A DNA stretch of 64,000 bases from Prasinococcaceae sp. CCMP 1430 (taxonomy: Eukaryota; Plantae; Prasinodermophyta): positions 687,067-751,066 of the forward strand of contig RQSC01000029.1 of the NCBI GenBank assembly GCA_013416795.1, read 5' to 3'. The position numbers and the translations under genes were made by a program. Each line of letters starts with the position of its first letter. The stretch's first letter is position 1. A model generated the notes under the pieces. It worked only from the letters and a program-made list of their open reading frames with translations, was not told the DNA's origin and did not search any database. Below are positions 53,501 to 64,000 of this stretch, one piece after another.

Positions 53501-56500
53501 CCGACTCCATGGCGAAGTCCTTCACGATCAGTTCGCGGCTGGTCATGCACGCGATGGTCACCGACCGCTCCACCACTGGCGCGATGATCTCGCGAATGGC
53601 GCGGTCGATTGCCACGGGCACGAGGCGCTTCAGCTGCAGCTGCTGCGCGAGCACTCCCATCTGAGGCGAGATCTGAATGTACTGCTGCACGGCCACGTCC
53701 GGGCTGGCGCCCTGCTGGAACGCCTGCGCTGCAGCCGTCGCCGCAGGCGAGAAGCCCGTGCCGTACGGCCCGCCCTTTTCCTTGTCACCGCCTGCACCGC
53801 CCATTTCGCCCGCGCTCACCATCGAGCCGTGCCCTGCGCCGGAGCTGCCCCCGCCGCTGGCGGTATCCTTCTCGCGCTTGTGGTTGAAGTCCGGATTGCC
53901 CTCCAAGTCGACGTTCACGTTGTCGAGAAGATTGAAGGTCTCAATTTTGATGCTCTCGTCCACCGTTGACTTGCCTGCAGACAAGTCGAGCTGGAGTTTC
54001 TGCACCATGATCTCCACCTCAAACTTCAGATTGAGCTTGAGGTCGGGCTTCTGGTAGATCTCCGAAATGAGCCCGACGATGGCCATGGTCCACGGGTTTG
54101 GTGGGCGGAACACCATCGAGTCGCGCGCGTGCTCGAGGACCTTAGATACGAATGGCATCACTGCGATCATCTTGCCACTCTTGTACGCATCAATGATGAG
54201 CTCCTTCAGCGCCAGGTCCTTGTAGAGCACGGGGCGGTTCTTGGCGAGCGTCATGGCCCCGAGCCACAGGCCCAGATTCTTCAGGAGCGAGCGCTCCGAC
54301 GAGCTGCTCTTGATCTTGTCGCTGTTGAGTAGGATCTTGGCGTTGGTGTACGTGGCCTTCAGAATCTCCTTGTTCAGCTTCGGAAGGGCAAGCTTGTCGA
54401 GCAGCGAGTGGTAGAGTGCGTGGAAGTTCGGCTCGATGGAGGCGCGCTTCACGACGAGGTACTGGCTGAACCACGGGTAGTACTCCTCGGTGATCATGGA
54501 GGCGATTTCCTTTGACTTGTTGGGCAAGTTTGCGTTGGACAGGTTGTTCGTGATGAAGAAGACCTTGTCCTGAACGGCATCGGTCGGCGCCTTGAGCCCC
54601 TGCTCTGCCGCCGCTGCCATGAGCGTGTCGACGTTCAGAGTGCTGAAGGACGGAGCAATGCCCATCGACTTGCCCTCGAGAGTGGGCAAGCCCGCGCCGC
54701 CGGACGAGAAGGCGGCAGCCACAGACGACGGCGCCGCGCCGCTCGCAGCGTCTGCCGGCGATGGCAGGTGCAACGTGGGGCCGCCCGCGTCGGGGGTGGT
54801 GGCTGTCGCCACGCCCGCGGCGAACGCCTGCTCCGCCTTGCCTCCTCCCGCGCTGCTTGCAGACGAGGCACCCTCGCCCTTAGTGCCAGCCGCGCCCGCG
54901 CCCCCGCCACCCCCGCTGCCCGTGCCAACCCCATTGCCGCGCACCACGCTCTGTATGGCCTCGAAGAGCTCGGGGCTGGCCTGCTGGATACCTTGGATCT
55001 GCACGATGTGCGAGCAGTACTGCGGCCACTCGCTCAGCTGGTCCTTGAACTGCTCGAGAGCGACAATGCCGAAAAGGAACATCTTGCTGGGGTACGGCTG
55101 CCGCAGCGACTCGAGCACGTACCGCAGCGCCATTCCAAGCGTCGTGTTTGCCACCAGTTGCCGCGCCACGAGCATTCCAAAGAGCACGGCCGTAATGCGC
55201 AGCTCCTTGGTGGGATATTTGCTAAAGAATCGAACCTCGTCAAAGAGGTTGTGCACCATGCACGCGAAGACGTCGGCCTCGCGCTTATTGCCGCTGGCCT
55301 TGTACCGCTGCAACATGTTCACCACGTCCTCCACGCTCGTTTCGCCGCTGTAGAGGTTCTGGAACACGGCGTTGGTCTCCGCCTCCACATCGTTCACCGC
55401 ACCGGCATCCGAACCGCCCAGGCCTCCCTGGCCGAGGTCACCCTGCCCTTTCCCGAATCCCTCGCCGCCTCCGAGGAGTTGCGCCAGCTGCGGGCTCTTG
55501 GAGACAGCCGCTTGCACCGCCGCGCGCAGCGCGTCGTTGGCCTCGGGGCAGCGCATCGGAACGGCCTTGTGGAGCGCGCTAAGCAGCGCGGCCACGGAGT
55601 TGGGCGGCAGGGCACCGTCCGAGGCACTGCCGACGGCGGCAGCCGCGGCGGCGCGCACGAAATCAGGGCCGCTGGGCTTGGCCGCCACGCGCGCGTCGAT
55701 CCAGGTGCCAAGATTGGGCAACGCGCCTCGCATCGACGCCAGTGTCGCGAGCTCTGCAGCGAGCGAGTTGGGCGCAGCCGCCAGAACGTCGTCGAGAGCA
55801 CCCAGCTCGCCGACGGCGACGTCAAGCAACCTGCCGAGGGCTGGCGGGTCGTTCTGACGCAGGGCGGCCATCGATGCCGTGACCGCGGCTGGCTGTGCGG
55901 GAAACACACGCCTGATGAGCACTGCCGAGTTCGGATGCGGGAGCAGGAAGCGTGGCAGCAGCGCGCCGAAGACTTGCTCATGCAGCGTGCCCCACGGCAC
56001 CTGCGCCTCCGCAAATGCTACCAGGAGCACCTCCGGACACTGCTGCGCAGGGCGCTCGAGCACACTGCGCGCAGCGTCGACGTGGCCAGCCGCAGCCACG
56101 CTGCAGAGCGACTCCACCACGCTCAGGCACAGCCACGCACGGTTCGGTGTGCCATGCGGCAAGCGCCCGGCAGCGAGGCCCTCCAGCGGAGCGGCCAAGC
56201 GAGGCGCCCGCGCGAATGTGATCAGCTCGGGCGGCGCCGACGAGGCATGGCCGATGAGCTCGAGCTGCGCCCCCATGTTTTTCTCCCAGGCCTTTCCTGA
56301 TGCGAATGTCGCAACCGGGTACGGTTGGCCGCCCGTCGCGGCACCCCACCACTGCATGAGGAATTGGAACGCCCCCGCATTGGGAAACGCGACTCCCTGC
56401 TGGTCAAAGGCCTGGGCGATCGTGTCCGGCGACACCGAGGGCGCTGCGGTCGCCAACGCAGCGGCGAGCACCTGCGGATCCCACGTCGCGTTCGAGTTGT

Positions 56501-57379
56501 CGCCGCCGAGGCCGCGCAGCGTGCACGCCATCATCGACACCAGCCGCGCGCAGCCGGCGGCATCGAGCGCTGGAAGCTGGGACAAGACCTCAACCAGCGA
56601 CTCCTTGGTCGACCCGCGCCCGTAGCCGAGCTCGGCGACCACCGAGGCCGCATCCTGCGCTCCCTGGCGCTGCACACTCGCGAAATCCATGGCGGTTGTG
56701 CTGCTCAGAGACGCTGTCAGTATCGACGATGGCCTCCCCTCGTATCCGAGCGCGGCTGTCAGGCGCGCCGCCAAGCCTCCCGCCTGATCAATGTCAGCGC
56801 TGCTGTCGGCCGCGAGCGCGACGAGCACTCTCCGCAGCACCTCGGGTTTGACACCTGCCTGCGAGGCTTTGGTGTCACCCGCAGCGCGCTCGGCGGCCTG
56901 CTTCAGGTGTGCAGCACCTGTGCGGGGCGAACACGGCGCGCGCGTCAGCGACGGCGCGAACCTATCGCTGCGCGCGGCGGCGCGGGTCCCACACGCTCGC
57001 CAGCCCCGTGCGCCAACCCCAGGGACAAAGAGAAAAGAGACCTAGCCCTCTGACCTTCCTCCCTCCAGCGGCGATCACCGGCCTCGCAGAACGCAGCTCC
57101 GAGCGCGAGCGACGGCCCGTGCGCGAGCTTAAGCACCGCCGCGGCCCAACTCACGTATCCGCCGCCCGGCGCGAGCCCCGCGTCGGCAAACGCGCCCTCA
57201 ACGACCGCGGCACTGGCGCCGTGGCCGCCCTCCTCAGCGTCGAGCGCGCGGCAGAGCGCTCCTGCGAGCAGCTGTGCTCGCACGCTCTCGCCGTGCAGCC
57301 GGCGCGCGCGCACGTCGGCGTCGCCGAGCGAGTGCGCAAGCACGAGCCGCGGCGCGTCCGCCGGGTAGCGCGCCTCCAG
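50535..57379 (-). CDS. CNOT1: CCR4-NOT scaffold NOT1; exons (gap)...57379-57055, 56917-50535
   Basis: KYPTKELRITAVLFG, DKVFFITNNLS, YLVVKRASIEPNFH, LLKNLGLWLG, FRPPNPWT, QLRYPNAHTH, LERLIVNRPHPWGLL; phase-1 intron 57054-56918. Confidence 0.96.
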
Positions 57380-57382
57380 CTG

Positions 57383-57543
57383 AGTCTGGTCGACTGTGAG
57401 CGTGGGGAAGTGAAGGTCCGCCTCGCCAACCGCCACCAGGCCTAGCGAGCTCGGCAACTGGTCCCCGAGCTTTGTGCCGTTGAAGCGCACGTCACCACGC
57501 ACCGCCTTGTAGTGCCTTGTCTGCCCTGACAGCACGTTACACA
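57383..57543 (-). other. ABCG/PDR transporter NBD-like coding fragment in frame with the NOT1 N-terminus
   Basis: CNVLSGQTRHYKAVRGDVRFNG...VGEADLHFPTLTVDQT matches the post-Walker-A to H-x-P-x-LTV-x-x-T segment of ABCG/PDR NBDs. Confidence 0.7.
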
Positions 57544-57857
57544 NNNNNNNNNNNNNNNNNNNNNNNNNNNNNNNNNNNNNNNNNNNNNNNNNNNNNNNNN
57601 NNNNNNNNNNNNNNNNNNNNNNNNNNNNNNNNNNNNNNNNNNNNNNNNNNNNNNNNNNNNNNNNNNNNNNNNNNNNNNNNNNNNNNNNNNNNNNNNNNNN
57701 NNNNNNNNNNNNNNNNNNNNNNNNNNNNNNNNNNNNNNNNNNNNNNNNNNNNNNNNNNNNNNNNNNNNNNNNNNNNNNNNNNNNNNNNNNNNNNNNNNNN
57801 NNNNNNNNNNNNNNNNNNNNNNNNNNNNNNNNNNNNNNNNNNNNNNNNNNNNNNNNN
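57544..57857. other. Assembly gap
   Basis: 314 N. Confidence 1.
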
Positions 57858-58477
57858 GCGCCCCGCCCTCGGCGACGCGCGGTCGCGCGCGCCCGAAATT
57901 TGACGCCGTCGGATCCGAGTCGGCCCGGCCCCGCGCGCGCGCGCGCGCGCGCGCGCCGTTTTTTTTTTTTTCCCTCGCTGTCTCTCCGCCTTCGTCTTGT
58001 TCTTCTCCGTGTTCGGACTTTTTCGGACTTTTTCCCCCTTTTTCCTTTCACGGTTTGAATCGAATTCGGCGCACAAGGAAAAAAAAGGTTGGAAAAGAAG
58101 GCTCGGAACGAAACGCGCGCCGACGCGCGCATGCGCTTCGATGGCGCCCCGTTTTTTATATATTTTTTTTTCGCCCGCCCCTCTCGGCCCCTCCCGTTCG
58201 GAGCCCGTCCCCGCCCGCCCGCCGGCGCGCCGCGCGAAAAAAAAACGCGGCGACCGGAATTGGAATTCCGAATCAAAATCCTGGTGCGCGCCCCCTCTCG
58301 CGCGCGCGCGCGCGCGAACTCCCGGCGCGCCGCCGCTGCCGTTCGATCCGATCGCCGCGGCCGGGGGCGGCGATCGGAGCGGCCATCAAAACGCATGCGG
58401 TCGCGCGGCTGTTCGTGTTCGCTGCGGTGTGCGGTGGGGCCACAGCGCGTGCGCGCGGTGGGGAGGGCGGGGTCGAG

Positions 58478-59735
58478 ATGGTGGTCAAAGTGTTGGGGCT
58501 GGGACTACGCGAGCGGGAGAGCGCTCGGGCGGGCGCCCAGGCGGGCGTGGGCGGAGGCGCGCCGGCGTCCCAGGCCGGTGGCGCAGGGGGTGGCGCGCCA
58601 GACCTCGCCGAGGAGGCCAGGCTGCGCCTCCACTGGGAGCACAAGGTGCAAGAGGTGTGCGCGGCCTTCAAGTTTCCATCCAAGGTCATGGTGTGCGCTG
58701 TCACGTACTTCAAGGTGCGCCCGCGCACAGCGCGCGCCTTGATGAGATCTGCGCAGGCCCGCGGTGGGGCGCGCGCGAGCCGGCCGGGCTTGGACGCGAG
58801 GCTGGGCGCCTGCGGCCTCGCACGAATGCACGCACGGCTGACTCTCGCGCCTGCGCTCCTCCCAGCGCTTCTACCTGAGCCACAGCATTCTGGACTACCA
58901 CCCCAAGCACATTTTGTGCACGTGCATCTACCTCGCGTGCAAGGTCGAGGAGAACCACGTGTCAGCGACCCAGTTCGGCATTGGCCTCAACGACGAAAAT
59001 GTGATGGGCCACGTCCTCAAGCACGAGCTCATCGTTCTGGAGGCGCTGCGCTTCGAGCTGATCGTGCGCGGCCCTCGCCGCCCCATGCTGGCGGCGCTGG
59101 CCTCGCTGGGAGGCGGCCTGTGGCCGCCGGACAGCGCGGCGAAGGGGCGCGTGACGAGGGCAGCCAACCGGCGTGCGGACCGCGCGATGCTCACCGATGC
59201 CGTGCTGCAATTCCCACCCTCGGTGGTGGCAGTGGCGGCGGTGCGCCATGGCGCGCGCGCAGTGGCGGAAGAAGGTGGGCCGGACGTCGGTGGTGCCGAC
59301 GAGGCCATCGCCGCGATGGTGGAAGCAGCTGCGAGCGCTGGCGAGTATGCCGGCGGCGCGGCCGCCTTGGCGGCGCGCATGGACGAGTGCGACGCGCTCA
59401 TCGACGCGCAGGACGTAGCGCTCGACAAGGATGACATCGTCGAGCTCGAACGCAGGCGCAAGGAATATCGCAACCCACTGTACAACCCCGAGAGCGCGCA
59501 GTACAAGGAGGCCGCGGCCGAGAAGGAGGCCAGGCGCAAGAAGGCCAAGCGAAGCAAGGCCTCGAAGTCGGTCTCGAAGTCGGTCTCGCTGGACGACTTC
59601 AAGGATGTGGCAGATGCTGACGCCGGCACGAAGCGCGTGCCAATGCAGGTCGACGCGGCTGACGACGGTGGCGACTTTCTCAAGCGGCGCAAGAGTGACG
59701 ATGGGAGGCCTGTGCCGTGCAGTCTAGCGAGCTGA
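58478..59735 (+). CDS. CYCH: Cyclin H; exons ~58478-58714, 58866-59735; start uncertain
   Basis: EEARL...KVQEVCAAFKFPSKVMVCAVTYFK|RFYLSHSILDYHPKHILCTCIYLACKVEENHVS, LEALRFELIV, LTDAVLQFPPS. Confidence 0.9.
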
Positions 59736-59946
59736 CCGCGGCAATGACAACGATGGGATGTAAGGCGCCACTTGCCGATACCAACGCACGTGCGCGCGCA
59801 TCCATTCCATTGCGCAGGCCCGCGCGCGTGCGGTGCGCCGGCGCGTCCGGCGCTGGTGCCCTGGGCGCAAACGGGCCGGTGGCGGCCGCGCTGTACAACA
59901 AGTCACCGCGACCATTACGCGCCGCGTGTGCGGCAGGCGTCGGTCC

Positions 59947-61098
59947 TCACTTCTTGCCTTTCCCCTTGCCCGCCTTGGCCTTCTTGCCGAGCCCGCCAAG
60001 CTTGGCCTTCTTCGACTTCTTGACGGAGCGCTCATCCTCGCCGGGCGCGAGCCCCTTTCGGCGCTGGCGGTTGGTGAGGCCGTCGGCGGCGCGCGCGGCG
60101 TTGGCGGCGGCGCGCGCGTCGTCGCCCTGCTTCTGGAAGTGGCGCGCGGCCTTGTCGACGTCCACGAAAGCCGCGCGCTCGCGCGCGTCCACGACGCGTC
60201 CCATCACCTTGGATAGCAGCGCCCCCTCCTTCTCGGCGGCATCCTTGCCCACCACCGCGAGGCGCTTCGGCCTGCGCGTGTTGGCGTACTTGGTGCTCTC
60301 GCGCTCCAGCGACGACACCTTGTCGAACTTGCCCATGGACGCGGTCGCCGAGGCGGCGGTGGCGGCCGCTAGCCGTATGTTCGCCTTCGACTTCGTCTTG
60401 GGCGCAGCGATGCCCTGACCCTTGAGGCCCTTCTCGAAGGGCAGCGCCACGGAGCTCGCCAGCCCCGCGGGTATGTCGTCGAGCCCCGGCCTGCCTCGGT
60501 CGCCGCCGCCGCGCGCTGCCGAGCGAGCCGTCACGCCGTGCTCCTTGAGGCTCGCCTTGACGTTGGCCACGCGGCGCTTCTCGTTGGCCTTCACGCGCGC
60601 CTTCTTCTCGTTCCTCACGCGCGCGAAGGGGTCCTCGTCGGGGTCCTCCCCCGGCCGCGCCTCGAGGATGGGCACGTCGGCCTCGTCCGAACCCGCGCGG
60701 CCGTAGCCGAAGCGGCGACGCCACTCGCCGGCGGTCTCGTCCCACACCAGCTTGGAGCGCTTGCGCTTTTTGATGCCCTTCGTCTCGGCGAACTTCTCCC
60801 ACTTGGTCTTGGCGCGCTCGAGCGGCAGCGGTTTGTGGCGCGGCAGCGGCGTCACCGGCGGCGGCAGCAGCACCAGCCTGCCGTCGGCCTTGTCGTCGGC
60901 GCGCGAGGGCAGCTCCACCAGCGTGGCGAAGAGCGCCTGCAGCGCGCGAGCCCCCTGCTCGCAGCAGCTGCGCGCGGCCGCCTCGGCGCTGGTGAACGCG
61001 CGCGCGTCGCACGGCGCGGGGTCCGACGCGACGAGGTTACCCACGTCGACCTCAAAGTCGCCCGGCGCCGGGCCCGCGTCGTCCGCGCCGACCGCCAC
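59947..61098 (-). CDS. RRS1: Ribosome biogenesis regulator RRS1; no in-frame ATG, GTG at 61098
   Basis: VDVGNLVASDP, LPPPVTPLPRHKPLP...TKWEKFAETKGIKKRKRSKLVWDE...WRRRFGY, ASASMGKFD. Confidence 0.92.
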   Translation of the reverse strand: MAVGADDAGPAPGDFEVDVGNLVASDPAPCDARAFTSAEAAARSCCEQGARALQALFATLVELPSRADDKADGRLVLLPPPVTPLPRHKPLPLERAKTKWEKFAETKGIKKRKRSKLVWDETAGEWRRRFGYGRAGSDEADVPILEARPGEDPDEDPFARVRNEKKARVKANEKRRVANVKASLKEHGVTARSAARGGGDRGRPGLDDIPAGLASSVALPFEKGLKGQGIAAPKTKSKANIRLAAATAASATASMGKFDKVSSLERESTKYANTRRPKRLAVVGKDAAEKEGALLSKVMGRVVDARERAAFVDVDKAARHFQKQGDDARAAANAARAADGLTNRQRRKGLAPGEDERSVKKSKKAKLGGLGKKAKAGKGKGKK

Positions 61099-61325
61099 CG
61101 CCGGCGGCCCGGCGGCTGGCCTGGCGACTTCGGGAATTCGCCGCCGCGCGCGCCGCGCTCCCGAATTACGTGAAACGTGCCCAAACGACGGAAAGCACCC
61201 ATTTCATCGTTTGGGCGTTCGGCGGTGCGTTTTGACCTCTTCGGGTCGTCGAATGCGTTTTGGCCTGGGCGCGCGCGCGTGGCGCGGCGCAGCCGCCGCC
61301 GGCGGCTGGGCCGGACGAGCGCGGC

Positions 61326-63116
61326 ATGGCGGCGCTCGCGGCGTGGCTGGCCGGCGTGGGCGGCGCAGGCGCGGGCGCCAGCGAGATGCGGCGCGTGTGG
61401 AAGGGCCTCTTCTACATGATGTGGCACGCGGACCGCGCCAAGACGCAGGGGCAGCTCGCCGAGTCGCTCGGCGCGCTCGTGAGCGAGCTTCCCGCCAAGC
61501 AGTCACAGAGCTACTTTGAGGCCTTCCTGGTGACCATGCGCCGCGAGTGGCACGGCATCGACAAGCTGCGGCTGGACAAGTACTACTCGCTGGTGCGCGC
61601 GTGCGTGCGGCACGCGCTGCGCGCGTGCCGCGCGGACGGCTGGTCGGCCGAGGCGCGCGAGCGCTACTTGCCTGTGCTCCACGACTGCATCAACGCGAAC
61701 CGCAGGACGGGCACGGCTGCCACGACGCTCTCGGTGGGGCTGCCCATGCATGTGGCGGACGTCTACCTCGCTGAGCTCTGCGGCGCGTGCGCCACGCAGT
61801 GCGGCAAGGCCAAGCCCAACAAGCCGCTGCCGGCGGAAGCCCTGTTGGAACTCCTTGAGCCCTTCTTCGCGGCGGTGGGCGGCGGCCTCGCTGACACGCG
61901 CGTAGTCGGCCGGGTCGCCGAGGCGGTGTTCTGTGGCATGCTCAACCTCGGGAAGGAGGCGCTCGCCGTCGCAGCGGGCGGCACAGACGCTGCGGACGCT
62001 ACCGTGGGCGCGGCGCTCGTTGCGCCGCCGGAGAGCGTGCGCGCGGTGAAGGCGGCGATCTTTAAGCGCGCCGGGTCCGAGGACACCGGGCGACGGTGCG
62101 CCGAGCTGTTGTACAACCTCCACTCCATGTATGAGGCGTGGGAGCGCAACGAGCTGGGAGCGGGCGCTGGCGGCCAGGGAGGCGAGGAGGATGGCATGGG
62201 CACCGAGGCCGCCAGTGACGAGGACGGCGAGGATGGCGAGGGAGCGGATGAAAGCGAGGATGAGGAGGATGACGACTACGTCGACCTTGACGAGGCCAAC
62301 GCGGGCGTGGGCGGCGCTGAGGTGGAGGCCAGCGAGGAGGAAGAGGAGGAGGAAGCGCAGCGCGTGGCGCGGGCGGTGGAGGAGGAGGAAGAGGAAGACG
62401 ATGAGGTCACTGTGACGCCGCGCCACGGTGACCGCTCGATGAACGCCAAGGGGCGGAAGCTCGAGCGGCGACGCGCGCGCATGGCCGAGCGGCAGGCGGC
62501 AAAACAGGAGTTCGTGGCGGTGCCATTTGGCGACGACGGCGAGGCGGATGTGGCGACGGCAGCGGAGGAGGAGACGCGCCCGAAGAAGGCCGCGCGCCTC
62601 TCGCGGCGCGCCGCCAAGGCCGCCGCCAGGGCCGAAACAGGGAGTGCAAAGAAGGCCAAGAAGGCCACCAAGGCAGCCGGGGCGGCCATGGTCACGCCGC
62701 CGCCTGCGGCCCAGGACAAGGGCAAGGCGCGGTCCGAAACGCCCAAGAGCGGCGGGGGAGAGGCGAATGGGGTCGGCGAGGGTGTGCGCACGCCCAAGAG
62801 CGCGCTCAAGAAGACGGGCTCGTACATGGACCCGTCGCCCAAGAAGAAGAGGGTCAAGTTCGAACTAGCGAGGAACGAGGTCAACGAGTTCCCGATGGTG
62901 CGCGGCGAACGCTCAGTATGCGAGCCAAACATGGTGCAGGCGATGCACGTGCAAATGGAGCGCATGAGCAAGATGCAGCGGAAGCAGCAGCAGGGTCGAA
63001 GCGGTGGCCTCGGCGTGCGCCGGGGCGGCGTGGCCAAGCGCGGCAGCAAGGCGAACGGCGGCGGCAACAAGAAGAAGGGCAGGGGCGGGCGCGCGCGCGC
63101 GTCGGACTTCTTCTGA
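61326..63116 (+). CDS. RRP1: RRP1/NOP52 rRNA processing protein with long acidic/basic tail
   Basis: VWKGLFYMMWHADR, FLVTMRREWHGIDKLRLDKYYSLVR, KKRVKF. Start may be slightly upstream. Confidence 0.9.
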   Translation: MAALAAWLAGVGGAGAGASEMRRVWKGLFYMMWHADRAKTQGQLAESLGALVSELPAKQSQSYFEAFLVTMRREWHGIDKLRLDKYYSLVRACVRHALRACRADGWSAEARERYLPVLHDCINANRRTGTAATTLSVGLPMHVADVYLAELCGACATQCGKAKPNKPLPAEALLELLEPFFAAVGGGLADTRVVGRVAEAVFCGMLNLGKEALAVAAGGTDAADATVGAALVAPPESVRAVKAAIFKRAGSEDTGRRCAELLYNLHSMYEAWERNELGAGAGGQGGEEDGMGTEAASDEDGEDGEGADESEDEEDDDYVDLDEANAGVGGAEVEASEEEEEEEAQRVARAVEEEEEEDDEVTVTPRHGDRSMNAKGRKLERRRARMAERQAAKQEFVAVPFGDDGEADVATAAEEETRPKKAARLSRRAAKAAARAETGSAKKAKKATKAAGAAMVTPPPAAQDKGKARSETPKSGGGEANGVGEGVRTPKSALKKTGSYMDPSPKKKRVKFELARNEVNEFPMVRGERSVCEPNMVQAMHVQMERMSKMQRKQQQGRSGGLGVRRGGVAKRGSKANGGGNKKKGRGGRARASDFF

Positions 63117-63248
63117 GCGCAGGCTGGGTGCCGAGTAATGCAATTCCTCAATTCCGGGGCAGCAGCGCGCGCCACACGACACACGTCTATGTAGGGGTGC
63201 TATTACGGTCGGCGCTGGGAGTCCGCCTCATGCCTGGCTATTCTACGC

Positions 63249-64000
63249 CTACGGCCCCGCTGTGCCGCCGCTCCTGCCGCTGCCCCGTCGCGCCTCGGCC
63301 TCAAGCACCTGCTGCGCGGCCACTTGCACCTCGCGCCTGTCGGTCGCTGGAAAGCCGTCCGAAACGAAGGCCCCGTCCGCTGGCACGTAGCACTCGGGCA
63401 GTGCCTTGAAGCGCGAGAGGCTGGGCTCGTCGGAGACGACCACTGCCACGCACTCGTCACCGGGCAGCGGCAGAGGCACCGGCGGTCGGGCGGCGCGCGG
63501 ATTTGCGCCTGCACGCGGAGGCAAACGCGCTCGCGCGCTCGCGTCAGCGCAAGTCCCGATCGCAAGCCGGGAGCGCGGGGAGGGCGCGCACGCGCGAGGG
63601 GCGGCGGCGGCGCGCGCCGCGCACCCGTCGGCATGATGACAGTCACGCTCGCCAGGCCGGGGTCGCCGAAGACCACCTCTGCCTCGCCCAAGCTCTCTCG
63701 CACGCTCAGGACGCGCGTCAGCCACAGCCCCGCGTAGGGGTAGCGCTCCGCGCTCGGCAGCGCTTCCCGCTTGAAGCGCGCCTGCCAGTAGGGCACAAAA
63801 TACCAGCCGACGACCGTCACGCAGGCGCCTGGCGTCCATACGTTGGAGAGAATGACGGTGGCCGTGGCCGCCACCCCAAGCCGCACCACCACGTCGACGG
63901 GTCTCCCCCTGCAGTACGCGACCTGGTCGCTCGTTGGCGTCGGCGGCAGCAGGCGCGCGCGCGCGCCACCCGCCAGCGGCACGACGCGCGGCCGCCGCGG
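63249..64000 (-). CDS. Conserved membrane protein of probable plastid/cyanobacterial type, 5'-partial; intron 63624-63509
   Basis: YFVPYWQARF...RYPYAGLWLTRVLSV...IMPT|GANP...GDECVAVVVSDEPSLSRFKALPECYVP; the phase-1 intron joins two frames. Family recalled from memory only. Confidence 0.55.
   Translation of the reverse strand, partial: AAAARRAAGGWRARAPAAADANERPGRVLQGETRRRGGAAWGGGHGHRHSLQRMDARRLRDGRRLVFCALLAGALQAGSAAERGALPLRGAVADARPERARELGRGRGGLRRPRPGERDCHHADGCAARAAAAPRACAPSPRSRLAIGTCADASARARLPPRAGANPRAARPPVPLPLPGDECVAVVVSDEPSLSRFKALPECYVPADGAFVSDGFPATDRREVQVAAQQVLEAEARRGSGRSGGTAGP

Noticed and set aside
3749-58239. All TTTCGCGC octamers as E2F sites
   Set aside because: T-tract/CGCG junctions create the motif by composition; only the POLD1 instance has biological plausibility.
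1-64000. CRISPR arrays, rRNA/tRNA genes, transposases, viral genes
   Set aside because: No repeat-spacer arrays, RNA-gene signatures or transposase/RT motifs seen; all repeats are simple or coding.
1-64000. Hundreds of long Arg/Ala/Pro-rich or antisense ORFs (e.g. 4742-7675 -, 17533-20139 +, 22605-25262 +, 44505-47174 -)
   Set aside because: Shadow ORFs caused by high GC and codon bias on the opposite strand of real genes, or ORFs running through N gaps.

Overview
Gene-dense eukaryotic nuclear DNA, very GC-rich (roughly 70% by eye), most likely from a green alga of prasinophyte grade. That assignment is inferred from plant-type clathrin, CK1, SCL and RAD51B sequences, GTGCGT/GTGAGC splice donors with GCTGAC/CTAAC branch points, TGTAA poly(A) signals and AAACCCTAA telo-boxes; the species cannot be fixed from sequence alone. 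About 30 protein-coding genes are present. Housekeeping genes: CHC, RAD51B, POLD1, SPT16, an SCL-type SR protein, PES1, IND1, a ZupT-type ZIP transporter, CK1, ICMT, NOT1, cyclin H, RRS1 and RRP1; the rest are poorly characterised. There are three N-gaps and two single-N positions, all in hyper-GC 5' regions. I found no rRNA, tRNA, CRISPR array or transposase. Best leads: (1) a selenoprotein S gene ending GG-UGA(Sec)-S-stop with a SECIS-like hairpin whose apical domain is unusually long; (2) an unusual UIM-EDR1-UBA-UBA-J-domain protein with no kinase; (3) an ABCG/PDR nucleotide-binding-domain fragment joined in frame to the NOT1 N-terminus at a contig end; (4) an EF-hand/transmembrane protein with RxL[L/A] processing-like motifs and a single in-frame TAG; (5) telo-boxes at divergent promoters and a possible GUG start for RRS1. 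All family assignments come from motif recognition by eye; no database search was run.
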